64,000 nucleotides of DNA from Massalongia carnosa (taxonomy: Eukaryota): NCBI GenBank assembly GCA_965645245.1, contig OZ287078.1:1178001-1242000 (forward strand). The letters run 5' to 3'. Below are positions 51,601-63,871 of this stretch, in pieces. How positions within the stretch are numbered: the first letter of the stretch is position 1; the number at the start of each line of letters is the position of its first letter. The position numbers and the translations under genes are program-made. The notes beneath the pieces are model-generated. The model ran no database searches, was not told where the DNA came from, and saw only the letters and a list, made by a program, of their open reading frames with translations.

Positions 51601-52057
51601 TTCTTCCGCATTGACAAGTTGAACAAGCCATAGCAACAGCCTATCAAGGAGTAACGCGGCATCTTCACCGCTCAATGACTCCCTATATTAAGGTAAGCTT
51701 TGCCGTTTCACCTGTGGTAAATCACTTGCCAGTCCAGCTTGATCTTGATGGTGAACGTAAGTGCGCCGAAGAAGCGGACCTTGTCATCTCGGCTTTGAAG
51801 CAGGGCATCTGCAAACTGCCAGCCTTGAGGTGATCTTTGTATCTTTTGAAGAACATTCTCGATGAATGAAACATCTTGTGGCGAGCGTGAGAGGTATAGC
51901 TTCTGGACTAGCTTTTAGATCGGAAATCATAAGTCATCAATTCTTATATCTCCCAGAATAATTAGAATATTCATCGATTCACCTTCACCACATCCTCATA
52001 ACTGTAATTTAAACCCAAATCCTGATTAGCCCGATAGGCATTATTGTTGACAGCCAT
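48630..52057 (-). CDS. Importin-beta family karyopherin (importin-13/KAP122-like)
   Basis: N-terminal IQRSPQGWQFADALL...VRFFGALTFTIK, then LVLRKLCSSLV, LEFWTTF, FRSDVEDLL and WLQLEATLFCL in a HEAT-repeat organisation. Multi-exon, one GC-AG intron. Confidence 0.85.
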
Positions 52058-52827
52058 CAGGAAGGCAACGAGGAGACTTTGAATAGCTCAAAATTAAGAT
52101 AAAATCTTATATGATTGGGTTGGAACATTTAAGGAGGCGATAAGGGAGCGAAAATAGAATTCTCGTCTGGATACTTCTTTCTGAGTTACCAACGAATAAC
52201 CTCATATTTTCTGGTATACACAAAATTAGAGAAGATGAACACGAATAGTTATGTCAACAGGTGCGTACCTACATGGATAGTGTAGGAGTTCCCTTCCTCA
52301 GTCTCGTGATCAGTTTAGTTAGTTAGATGGACACTCCCGACGGTCCGGATTGCCGATGGCCTCATCCCTATGATGCTCCAGAACAGGCTAGGCCATGAAG
52401 TGGTAAAAATCAGTTAAAGTCAACCAATGCTTTTGGCTATAACTGACTTAGAGTAACTTATTGGTCATCTCAACTCCTTTGATCTGTACAAAATGGCGAT
52501 ACAAATACTACAGCCAGAACCTATACAGCCCGAACAATGTTTGAAGCGGCCTTCGAGATTTGTCCGCTTCATGCGCTCTGGTCCCAACTTCGATGGACCG
52601 TTTGGAGGATTATACTGGCAGGAAACGAGGCTATAGTAGTTAGACGAGTTGCTCAGCCACCTCCAAGGTTCTTAGGGGATTGCTTTGCCTCGCTCGACTC
52701 ATACTTAAGTTTGAAATGGATTGGAATATTGTCTCTATACCGCCAGTCTTGCTCATCAATTTTGTCGTACAGGGTTCACCCTCATCTAAGATTATTCTAA
52801 TGCAAAACATGAAAACTGAGCAACTAG

Positions 52828-55733
52828 ATGAATCATCTTCCATATCCAGCCAATCCGTCACTACCCCGAGTCGTCGTGCCCGACTTGTGCGGAGAGGTTG
52901 AACAATACGACAGATGTGGGTTTGCTACATACCCAATTCGCCAGGGCTGGATGGCATTTGCTCATGAAAGCCCCTGGACCGATTGTGATGCTCGTGTTGC
53001 TGCCTCTCGCGCCCAAACCTGGCTGTACTTTGGACTGTTACAGGAGTTCTTCGGTGACGAATATCATAGGCCAATGTTTGTTTGCAATGATAAAATCACT
53101 ACCGAAAACCTTTCGGATATGCTACAAAAATGGGCCACGAAGAAAACCTCCAAAAAGAAAGCGTCAAACGCAGAAACCTACGCGCTATTGCTTCTAGCTG
53201 AAAGACACAGCCAACATCTGGATGCTCTGGTTGCTTCTGCTAGAGCGATAGCATTGTCAATCAAAGTTTTGATTGATTCATTAGGCATCGCTGTTGGCAT
53301 TATCGACTCTGGAATCCGGCGCAATGAGGCTTTCAATGCGTCTCCCAGTCGATTACTTGAGGAGCGCATGGTCGATCTTAATTGGTGCCCTTACTGGGTT
53401 CAGACATATGTTGCCTCCTACTCAGTTGCAACGATTAACTATATAGCAGCTCTTACCCGCACCACCATGGTGGAAGACCATGGTGCTTGTACCACAAATC
53501 GATGTGTTGCGCACAACGTGGACATGCAGCATTACCAGACTAAGCACGTTAAGGATGGCTGCCAGTGCAGTTTTTTGGGGCCATCTATTAGCAAGATCCA
53601 GGCGTCAATCAACGAGGGCAACGTCCCACTAATTCGCTGTACCGAGGCGCCAGGAGGCCAGATTCTGGTCGATGTTATCGAAGCTGAGCCGGGAGTTGAG
53701 TATACTGCTATCTCTCACGTCTGGTCCGGAGGCCTTGGAAACCCTCATTCAAACTCTCTGCCTGAATGCCAATTGAGGCGGCTGACCCAACGCATGCAAG
53801 ATATAGCGCTTGTAGAAAGTGAATGGTTTTGGTTCCGGTTGATCGAAAGAGGATTTAAATATGTGAACATACCCTCCAAGGCTCAGATCAAATCTTCTCT
53901 GCTTTCTTGCGGCATAAAGACCACTCCTAGGAGTAAGGCAATCTTTTGGTTGGACACTCTATGTGTCCCGACTACCCTAGAACACAGTGCTCTGCGGAGA
54001 AAAGCTATCGATCAAATGGCTTTCATATATGCGGGGGCGGACCGAATTCTTGTACTTGATCCAGAGCTTCAGGACCTTGAAATGGAAAATATGTCAAATG
54101 AACAAATATGTGCGTACTTGACGTGTTGCGCTTGGAGAACCCGCTGTTGGCCTTACCAGGAGGGCCGACTCGCAAGGGACAGGATGTATCTTCTTAAATA
54201 TGGAATCTACCATCATTCAGCAAGTCTGCGCCGGATTGAAAAAGCCAATCTTGATATCAAGAGAGGCCGCCGGCTGCGAAATGATACAGATGTTTTACAT
54301 TCTGCGGTAGCTTCCTTTTGGGAAGACATGAATGACGTAAAAAATGCTTCAAAGGACCTACATGCTGGAGAATTTCTGAAGACATGGAATAGCTTGAGTC
54401 TCCGCTCAACAACTAAGTCCGAAGACCTACATGGAATTCTAGCTGTTCTTTTAGGCTTAAGTTCTAGGGAGATATTATCTCTTAGGCTTCAGGAGCGTAC
54501 CAAGGCAATCTTCCAGACGCAAGAGTCGCTTCCGCTTGCTTTGCTGTTCCTCAAAGATCCTGGACTCAGAACCCATGATATCAAAAATAAATGGATTCCC
54601 CAATATCCATCAGCCCGTCTGACATCACAATATGGTGATATGGCGCAGAGCGTCCCTCTAGGGTCTTTCACCTTTTCAGCTGCAGAAAGCCTTTCGATTG
54701 GATATCTTGTTGACGCTGCCATTCCATTCCATCAGCATTTCTGTCTTATTGATGATATGACATCTGAAAAGGTATGGATTCAGGTTACCGGTGAGTATGA
54801 TGAAGAGCTTGAAGCGCTCTATCGACACCGTCCGGTTTGCTATATTCTGTCCAATCACCTTGCAGTAACACATTCCGCTTCAAGCAGTACCCATTTTGTT
54901 GGAGCACGTTTCTACGTGTCTAAATATGACGATGATGGCACGCTTCATTTAGTCTACGATTCTGCTCTCAATTATTACTATCAGCATCCATTCAATGCAG
55001 CTGAAGATCTGCTCGAATTCTTTGACTACACTGAAGTGCAGGGTCTAAGAACTAGCCCAGAGGCACATGTCGTGCTCGACTGTGGTAATTATCCTTTCAA
55101 TTCTCGTCGCATTAGTACAGTACTAATCTCTAGCACGAAGACCTTGCTTCGTGGTATAAGCCACGTTATCGCAGGCCCAAAGTTTCTCGGTTGCAAGTTT
55201 GGCGTAATATTTATACAGCACCTGCCATTACTTTCGTCATGATCGTTTGGTGTCCTTGTATTTTGATTTGGTCACTTGGAGTTTTTGGCAAGGGGGTAGG
55301 TCTTTATTCTACGGCTGTACCTGCTCTCGTTGCTGCATTCATCAGAGCCAATGTTGGCCGATACTTCGAGCTCCCTCTACTCGTTGAGGCCTACAAACGC
55401 CTTGAGTACAAACAGTGGTCCGCCTCGCTTGATGCGCCTAGAGTCGCCGAAAACGCTCGATTATCCTATAGACCGGATAACGGACCATTATACCAATACC
55501 GACCGCAATGGATTGCGGGAGTTGTTATACTGGCCGGTTGCATACTTCTATATGCGGGATTCTCGCTGCATTTCTATAGTGCTACAATCCTTGGGGCCAT
55601 ACTGATCATCGAAACTGTCCCACGGATTACCGTCGAGATCTTGTGGCGTCGAACTCGCCTGGGGGATTTTGGTAGAAGATTCGCCCAACGGTGGCTACAT
55701 CGAGTCTACTGGGAGGCAGATAGTCATAGTTAA
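52828..55733 (+). CDS. HET-domain (heterokaryon incompatibility) protein with C-terminal hydrophobic segments
   Basis: YTAISHVWSGGLGN, FWLDTLCVP, AIDQMAFIYAGADRILVLD and WRTRCWPYQEG. Intron 55085-55140 joins ORF 55191-55733 in frame. Confidence 0.88.
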
Positions 55734-56013
55734 AAAGACTACTACTTCTTGCTAAACTATGTAAATTGCAGAATGAGCACAGCTGGTCCAATGAACATGT
55801 TCCAATATTTTCTACCATTGGGCCGTCTAGATTCCAAGAGATTGACCTTTATAAGCAGCCATTCACCTAGGACCAAGTATTTCTATGGTGTTTAAACTCC
55901 ATAGCACTGTAGGGTAAAACTATAGGCGGAATTAGCAGACTTTGTAAAAAACCCTGCCAGGTCGTCTAAAATAGAATATTAAATGTCGATCATTTCGGCA
56001 CTAAATAATTTAC

Positions 56014-58688
56014 ATGAAGCTATTCCGAAATAAGTTTTTTTGCTGCAGATTCCCAATGCAGACGCTCGTTCGAGTTTCTTATTGTCGCCCATTCCACTAT
56101 TCTCTTACCTTGTTGCCGTCTTTGTCAAATTTCGGTATCAAAAGAAGTTTCCGGACTACTGCCAAATCCCTTGCCATCAATATGGAAACTGTGAATACAA
56201 CAGGCCGCCTGAAGAAGCTCCGAGAGTTGATGAAAGAAAACAACGTCGACGTATACAGTATGGTCTCATATACATGAGTCTAGTGAGAGGTCAATCACTG
56301 ACACTATTCAAGTCGTGCCATCTGAGGATAGCCATCAATCTGAATATATTGCCCCGTGTGATGCCCGCCGAGGTCTGAGAGTATATCTATGCTATACGAT
56401 CGGAATGCAAAGCTTACTGTTTAAGAACATATTTCTGGTTTTTCTGGATCAGCAGGTACCGCTGTGGTGACACTAGAAAAAGCCGCGTTGGCAACAGACG
56501 GACGCTATTTCAATCAGGCTTCAAAACAGCTTGATGATAATTGGCAGCTCCTAAAGCAAGGATTGGAGGATGTCCCTACATGGCAGGAATGGTTACCTTC
56601 ACTGACGCCATTTAACTCTTCATTTCAGCTCTAAAACTTTACAGGACTGCGGAGCAATCCGAGGGAAATAAGACTGTTGCTGTAGATCCAACAGTGATCA
56701 CTGCTCGTAAGAACAAATAGAAGCCTACGATTTTAAAGCCCCAGAATTGATGTGCAATAGCTGATGCTCGTAAACTCTTGGAAAAAATCAAGAAGAAAGG
56801 CGGCTCCGACCTTGTTGGAGTTCCAACCAATCTCGTTGACTTGGCCTGGGGAGATGAACGGCCTCCACGACCAAATGAAATAGTCAAAACCTTGGGATTA
56901 GAGTTTGCCGGTAAGAGGTTCGAAGAGAAAATTGAAGACTTGAGGAAAGAACTAGAGAAGAAGAAGAGTGCAGGGCTGATTATCTGTATGTGCTATGTCG
57001 ATGTTGTCCATCTCGCACCAAGCGCTTAGGCTGATGTGCTCGGTCTCGAAGCTGTGTTGGATGAGATTGCTTGGTTATTCAATCTTCGAGGAAACGAGTT
57101 TGTTCATCAGGAGAGAAATATAATCTAATTCTTTTTACTAACGATGTGCATAGCATTCCCTATAATCCTGTGTTCTTTTCCTACGCCACAGTGACGCCTA
57201 CCATTGCTACTCTCTACATCGATTCCAGCAAACTGACGCCAGATATAGAATCGCACCTTGGAGAAAATATTCAAATTAAACCCTATAGTGCCATATTCGA
57301 GGAAATAACAGCTTTAAGCAAGTCATTGACATCCGAGCCCGCTGATAAGGGCAATCTTTCAAAAGCGTCGGAGAAGAAATTTATGATATCTACCAAGGCA
57401 TCATGGGCGTTAAGTCTTGCTCTGGGAGGCGAAGAAAAAGTCGACGAAGCTCGAAGTCCCATTGCCGACGCGAAAGCCATCAAAAACAGCACTGAGCTCG
57501 AAGGAATGAGAGCATGCCATATCCGTGACGGAGCTGCCCTCATCGAGTATTTCGCCTGGTTGGAAGAAGAGCTCATGGTAAAGGGCTCTAAGCTAGATGA
57601 AGTCCAAGCGGCAGACAAGCTCGAAAACATCCGATCGTGAGTTTTCTCTCTCCTGAATATTCCTCAAAACCCAATTCATCACATTTCCTAACATGCCCCC
57701 CCCAGGAAACACAAAAACTTTGTCGGCCTCTCCTTTGACACCATCTCCTCAACTGGCCCTAATGCAGCCGTCATCCACTACAAGCCGGAGCGCGGCAACT
57801 GCGCCACCATCGACCCCAACGCCATCTACCTTTGCGACTCCGGCGCGCAGTATCTAGACGGTACCACGGATACGACTCGCACGCTGCACTTCGGTACCCC
57901 CACGCCGATGGAGCGCAAAGCCTACACCCTCGTCCTCAAGGGCGTCATTGCTGTCGACAAGGCCGTTTTCCCCAAGGGAACGACTGGATTCGCGTTGGAC
58001 ACGTTAGCTCGCCAGTTTCTGTGGGAAGAGGGCTTGGATTACAGGCATGGGACTGGGCATGGTGTTGGCTCGTATCTTGTCAGACAAACAATCAATACCC
58101 CTTTTTTTCGATTTCCGGATAAACTATTCAAACTAACGCGCCACGAGACAGAATGTCCACGAAGGCCCCATCGGCATTGGTTCCCTAGTTCATTACTCGG
58201 AAGTCGCCCTTTCCCCCGGTAACGTCCTCTCCGACGGTAACCCCCCCCCCAAAACCCGGTCCCAAGTCCCAAAATGCTCAGCTCGCTAATCTCTCCTTCA
58301 CGAAACCCCAGAACCGGGCTATTACGAAGACGGCAATTTCGGCATCCGTATTGAAAGTTCGTCCCCCCCCCGGGTCCATTATCAACTTATCTAACCCTTC
58401 TCCCCCATCCCCGGGGAACAATCAAAAACAACAGACATAATACTCGCCCGTGAACACCCCACCCCCCATACCTTTGGCGGGAAACCCTACCTCGGATTCC
58501 AGCATGCAACTATGGTTCCCCTGTGCCGTAAACTGCTCGACACAGGGCTGTTGACGGGAAGGGAACACGCGTGGATCGATGCGTATCATGCGGAGGTGCG
58601 CGAGAAGACGAGAGGGTATTTTGAGGGGGACGGGGGACGGGACGAGCGGAGTTTGGCGTGGTTGGAGAGGGAGACGGAGGTGCTTTAA
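56014..58688 (+). CDS. AMPP: Xaa-Pro aminopeptidase P (M24B)
   Basis: [66 protein letters not shown] and [15 protein letters not shown] over many short exons. Start is 56014, 56056 or 56182. Confidence 0.93.
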
Positions 58689-58982
58689 TGGGGGGGGAGA
58701 AGGGGTGAAAGATGCGAGGGATGCAGAAAATTCGCGAGTTTATTGTCATATATTTAGAGCTTTTGCGTCAGGGTTCGTCGTTCCAATGTGAACACGGTGA
58801 GTATCTAACCACCCCCCCCCCCAAAAAACCCTCTATGCCACTTCCCTATCAAAACAACCTCTCCTCCGAGATCTCAAAAGCATTCCACCCTCGCCCTTCG
58901 GTCCTCAACACAAAGATCCTCATCTGCCCGTCCCAACAACAAATAAACCCAAAACAAACAACCACCTGCCCCCTAATTTTCC

Positions 58983-60785
58983 TCACCCCACTAACTCCCC
59001 CAAAATAGCCTCCATCTCCTCTCTCCGAAATGGCACCGCCAGCATCTCCGTCCCCGCCCCGTCCCGTCGCGCCACCACCATCTGATGATCGTGAAACTCC
59101 TGCAGCAGCGCCCGAAACGCCATCTCGCTCGTGCAGATGAACTCCTCCACCACCTTCTGGTATAGCACGCGGTACTCGACGCCGGGAGGTCGTTTCCGCC
59201 GGCGGCCCCTTCCATGCGCACCGCCACCGCCACCGTTGTCGTTGTCGTTGTCCCCGTTATGGTCAATATCAATGATGTCCTCATCTTCGTCGTCGTTATT
59301 GTCGCCGTTGCCAGTTTCGCCATCCATTCCAGCCAGAAGCTCCGCAATCAGCACACGGTACAGGTTCCGTGCGTTCTCGGGTAGACTTTTAAGTACGAAG
59401 CCCACGCCTTCTTTCCCCTTGATATTACGGCCGCTACGCCCCAGCAGCTCGTTCACGTCGTCAACAACGCTGCCAATCTCGACAGATGCGTAGGGCGCAA
59501 AAGTGGTGGTGTCGTGGTAGAGAAAATTGTACTGTGCGTGAAGGGGGGCGTCCCAGAGGAGGGGGAAGGTGGGCGTATCGCAGGTGGCCAGGAGGCGGAT
59601 ATGCGGGTGCGCGGCGAGCAGGGCGAGAAGCGAGGGGTTTGGCGGGCGGCGAAGGGGGAGGGCGTCAAGGGAATTTATAAAGATGTAGATTGGAGCTGTG
59701 GGTGGGGAAGCGGTGAGCTGGGTGAGGATTGAGGTGAGAACTTCGCGGGGTTGGGACCCAACTTTTGCGGAGAGGGAAGAGGAAGGGGAGTTGAATACTT
59801 GGGTGGCGATTGTGGTTAAGATCTGCCGAATAGTGAGGGTAGGGGTGTAGCCGTTTATGATTATGATGTTGGGGGGCTCGGAGGGCGGATGTAGGGAGTG
59901 AAGGTGGGTAGCAAATGAGGTGAGAAGGTGGCGTTTGGAACCGTAGCCGTAAAGGCAGATGTTGAAGGCCTGAGAGAGCTCAAAGTTCCATTGTGGGAAA
60001 GAACGGGAGTGGAGGGAGTGAAGGAAGGCAAGGGAGGAGGCGTGCGGGTCTTTGTAGGCGCTAATTTGATTGTGGTATTGCTCGTGCGTGAGGAGTGAGA
60101 GGGAGGATAATGTGTTGTTAGAAGTTTTGGCGTTCGCAGCACGATTCTGGAAGAAGTATAGTTCATGGGGGGGAATATCTTGAGGCGGAGTTGGGGTTCT
60201 TTTCCGTCGGGCTTTTAGACGTTGTTTGTGCGGGCGTTTCGAAGGAGTTAAAACTGGGTCTTCATTCCCATCGCCCTTATTATCCTCTTCCCGCTGTTCG
60301 TCACTTTCTTCTGCGTCTTCAATATCCCATATTGCTCTTGCCAAGGCGTCTCCTTCATCAAGGTCATTTTCGTCATTCGAATCGGCATTGACTGTTCTTT
60401 GAATCAACGTTCGTACACTTTTGCGGCGCGCAGATCGATCTGTATTCAGTATGACAGGAGCTATCTCGCCATGGCTTTCTTCTGTATTGCCCCTGCGGGG
60501 TTTTACTGGAGTGACGAACAAGAGCTTGCCTTTTGGGTTCGATAAAGGGGAGCTAGGATCGAGACGCTGCTCAAGTCCATTGATAGCGGCGGTTGGCTTT
60601 TGAACACTGCCGCGAGGTCGCCCACGTCGGCGCTTTGTAGGCGTCTTAACATCATCAACTGAGTCATTGATCCCGTTCTCTTGCTCCTGATCTACACCCC
60701 CATGGAGGAGCCTTTGCGCTTTGGATGTTCTTTTGTCCTGGATAGCCTCATCCTCAAATGCCTGCCGCCTTCTCTTCGCTGTCAT
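58983..60785 (-). CDS. ORC2: Origin recognition complex subunit 2
   Basis: Intronless 600-aa ORF. FPQWNFELSQAFNICLYGYGSKR, FLYHDTTTFAPY, VLKSLPENARNLYRVL and FRALLQEFHDHQMV, plus an N-terminal AT-hook (RRRGRPRG). Confidence 0.95.
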   Translation of the reverse strand: MTAKRRRQAFEDEAIQDKRTSKAQRLLHGGVDQEQENGINDSVDDVKTPTKRRRGRPRGSVQKPTAAINGLEQRLDPSSPLSNPKGKLLFVTPVKPRRGNTEESHGEIAPVILNTDRSARRKSVRTLIQRTVNADSNDENDLDEGDALARAIWDIEDAEESDEQREEDNKGDGNEDPVLTPSKRPHKQRLKARRKRTPTPPQDIPPHELYFFQNRAANAKTSNNTLSSLSLLTHEQYHNQISAYKDPHASSLAFLHSLHSRSFPQWNFELSQAFNICLYGYGSKRHLLTSFATHLHSLHPPSEPPNIIIINGYTPTLTIRQILTTIATQVFNSPSSSLSAKVGSQPREVLTSILTQLTASPPTAPIYIFINSLDALPLRRPPNPSLLALLAAHPHIRLLATCDTPTFPLLWDAPLHAQYNFLYHDTTTFAPYASVEIGSVVDDVNELLGRSGRNIKGKEGVGFVLKSLPENARNLYRVLIAELLAGMDGETGNGDNNDDEDEDIIDIDHNGDNDNDNGGGGGAHGRGRRRKRPPGVEYRVLYQKVVEEFICTSEMAFRALLQEFHDHQMVVARRDGAGTEMLAVPFRREEMEAILGELVG

Positions 60786-61330
60786 ATCATGATGTTCTCA
60801 GTAAAAAGTTTTTTCTCCTCTTCCTGCTGGGTCTTATTTACAGAAGCTTCCGCACTGGGTGGATCAACAAGAGGCTAAGCGAGATGCGTTTCAATACCAG
60901 GCTAAAGTAAGTCGTATCGGTATATAAAACATACCTATCAAGATTCTTCTTCGCGACAGCAAGTAAGATAATGAAACCCATCACGCAACAGCCCATGTCT
61001 TCTACTGAGCATAGCTACTGACTCGTAAAGACTGATATTCTCAAGCTGGTGGAGATTGAAGTCATAATTGTTTCGTGTTTGAGCCGTTCTCCAGGCTCTG
61101 CCACAACTAACTACAGGAAGCCGCTCCAATCGCTTTCCAAAGTCTTGGGATCAGACCCGAATTGTATGGAGCGCACAAAATGGAAGAAATCTAACTCAAA
61201 TCAATGCAAAAGCTTGTTTATTATGAATTGCTATGGCTATAACATGGGGGAAATTGCCAGCTTCGTAAAACATGTTGTCCTTTGCTACCATTGCCTTTGC
61301 TTTGCTTTACTTTGCTGACTCCTCTCCAAT

Positions 61331-62974
61331 ATGAGAATCTCTTTCATTCGTTGCTTCTTCAGGCTGCTGGTAGTCTCATTTTCCAGCTTGGATACTTCTT
61401 TTGCTCTTTCGATTGAATCGAAGGGTAGGCTTTGTTATTCGGCCCGCCATCAAAATACTGACCTTATCCAGTTCTATCCGAAATTCATGCTAAGCATCCT
61501 CTCTCGGTACATGGGACGGATGGCACATTGAAGCCAACCCCTTTGTCACCTTCCCGGGGCTGAGCGTATCTAGTTCAACCTTGGCGAGGCCAAGCTTCGC
61601 TGAACCCAATGCATCAGCTTTGCACAGCTTGGAGGCCAGTATAACACGCAAAAAGACGAAAAGTTCAAAACATCCGATTCCTACAAACCTAGTTTCCTCG
61701 GTGGCGAGTAAATTTCCGGTGCCTTTTAAATATCCTGACCTAGTTCCAACGAAGCCAATTGCAACGCCAACAGCAAGTTCCAGATCATTCACGAAGGTGC
61801 CTGGGCCCGGGCTCTTGCCTCCTTTGCCTCCCTTGCTCATGAGTTTGATACAGCACCTGCATGATGACTGTCAGCTCTGTCAAGATGCATATTGCCACTA
61901 ATAATCCCTTACCGAGTCTTTGTAGACCATCAACGGTCACCATCACGGTGATCGTACTGTTACGGTTCACCATCCTAATACGACCACTCAGCAGGGCTTC
62001 ATTAGGCATGTAGTCGATACCCTAAGAAATAGCAGATCATTCCTACCGACGCCTACGGAGAGCCCGATCTCCTCAAAAGCATGTACTTGGCATACATTCG
62101 CTCATAAATTCCGGCACAAAACTGGAAGTTTTAACTTTGATTCATCCAGTTCCCTTACTTCGCCGGAAGTCATACCTACAGGGGTATTGTATTGAGGCTC
62201 AGCGGTTGTTGAAGACATTGGATAGGGAGGGACATCGCTGTACGAGCCTGCACTTATATAAGCACGAAGGCTAGAAGATAGCCCTGAATCATAATAGACA
62301 AGGACGGGTTGTGTTGGACGTATGACCTGCAAAGTATAAACGATAGCATCCGCTCTGAACTCTGTTCAGCCCTCCTAATTACGGTGATTCCTGGAGTGAC
62401 GAGCCTTCCGGTCCTACCGCTACACAACCAAGTACAGCAGCAATCACGGCTGTCCTAGTCTCAGGATACAACGCCTCTAGGGCGCACCAGGAAGGTTTGA
62501 CGGCCAGCCTTCTTACTTCTCTTAGCCAGCAGCAGAGGCCGTACATCAATCTTTCAAGCCTCATCGCAATAGCCACCGTAAACCCCGGTTTCGGAACTAT
62601 CACTCTCTAACGATACGTTCCCACCCATCCAGCAGCAAATAGCAACAATCGACCATCCCGCCTGTCTTATCTTTGAAGCCTGCTCTGGATAGCATCCATT
62701 GGAGAATCCAACCCTCACCCCGACCCAACCGAAGCTTATGGTAGCGCGAATACATCAAGAAGTACTCCAAGCACGATCTGTACCGCAGTTGCAGCGTAAG
62801 GGAAGCAAATGCGCACTATTCCCATTGCTCATTCAGGCCTGCGCCACATCGCAAGTATCCAATTGTCTAGTCTTACTCCTGAGGCTACTGGGTACGCTGC
62901 TACTAACACCACGAGTCTGTCACCCTCGCCGACAGAGGAAAGCGAGGATTGTGAATGAGCTAAGCGCTAGATAA
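61331..62974 (+). pseudogene. Possible decayed secreted Ser/Thr/Pro-rich protein
   Basis: Signal-like start MRISFIRCFFRLLVVSF. A possible intron ~61425-61494 joins it to the S/T/P-rich ORF 61581-61901. Further broken S/T-rich frames and a hydrophobic tail follow near 62870. No family recognised. Confidence 0.3.
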
Positions 62975-63329
62975 ATATGCAGGTCTTGCAAAGAGATGAT
63001 TATTGCGGTGATCAGTGTATAGTTTAGGTTGATAGTGCTGTAATGGATATGTATTGTAAGGGTCCTTGTTGACTTTGTAGATTGGAGAACTCGCAATAGG
63101 AAAGGAGGATTTATTTCCTTAGGGAACTCCATGAATGAAATTCTATACTTACTTCGTACATCACCCATGCCTATATTAAGAATGTGGTGTTGCTATAACA
63201 AAAGTTCGCAGCCCTAGCCATCAAACGCATAAGTATCCACTGCCTATTTAGTCCTAGCGCCCGCCCCGCCTTCCGAACATCCACCTCTGACGCCCTGGGC
63301 CCAATCTCCTAACGTCAAAATACCTAACC

Positions 63330-63871
63330 ATGTCCACGATTCTACGGACCTTCCGTAACCTACGCAAGATAGGCATCAAGGAGTACGCGCATCAGCTGCA
63401 GAACATTGGCGACACCAAAGCTGGAACCTACATCGCCACTGACCGCTTCGGCAACAAGTACTACGAGAACCTCGAACAGGAGCTTCCTTGTCAGTTTTTT
63501 GCCCTTCCCTCCCCGTCCTGTCAGGCGTCATTTTCAGATACTACCGCTTTATACGTGCGAGCAGTTGACGTTGTTTTTGCTGACCCTCCCCTAGTACGGA
63601 CTCGATGGGTGGATTATAAAGAGCAGGAGTACAGCCCGTTCGCCTCTCCTCCTTCGACCACTAGCTTCTCAAAAAAATTAAAATGCTGACCCTACGTTCC
63701 CCTTCCTCGCAGTGACCACATCGAACCCGGTTGGCACGCTTGGATGTCCTACATGGTTGACAAGCCCCCCACCGAAGACGCGCTGCTGCGGACTGGCCAG
63801 CGCCCGTGGGAGCTTCAGGAGCATAGACCTAACCTGACGGCTACTCGGGCGGCGTATAAGACCTATTCCAC
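63330..63871 (+). CDS. NDUFA12: NADH:ubiquinone oxidoreductase subunit NDUFA12 (B17.2), last exon not identified in the window
   Basis: GDTKAGTYIATDRFGNKYYEN, LRTRWVDY and IEPGWHAWMSY. Exons 63330-63489, 63595-63637 and 63713-63871. Confidence 0.92.

Noticed and set aside
55883..55904. 22-bp near-palindrome CTATGGTGTTTAAACTCCATAG resembling a hairpin at ~8341-8369
   Set aside because: The match is only ~10 bp and no element boundaries support a shared Helitron or MITE origin.
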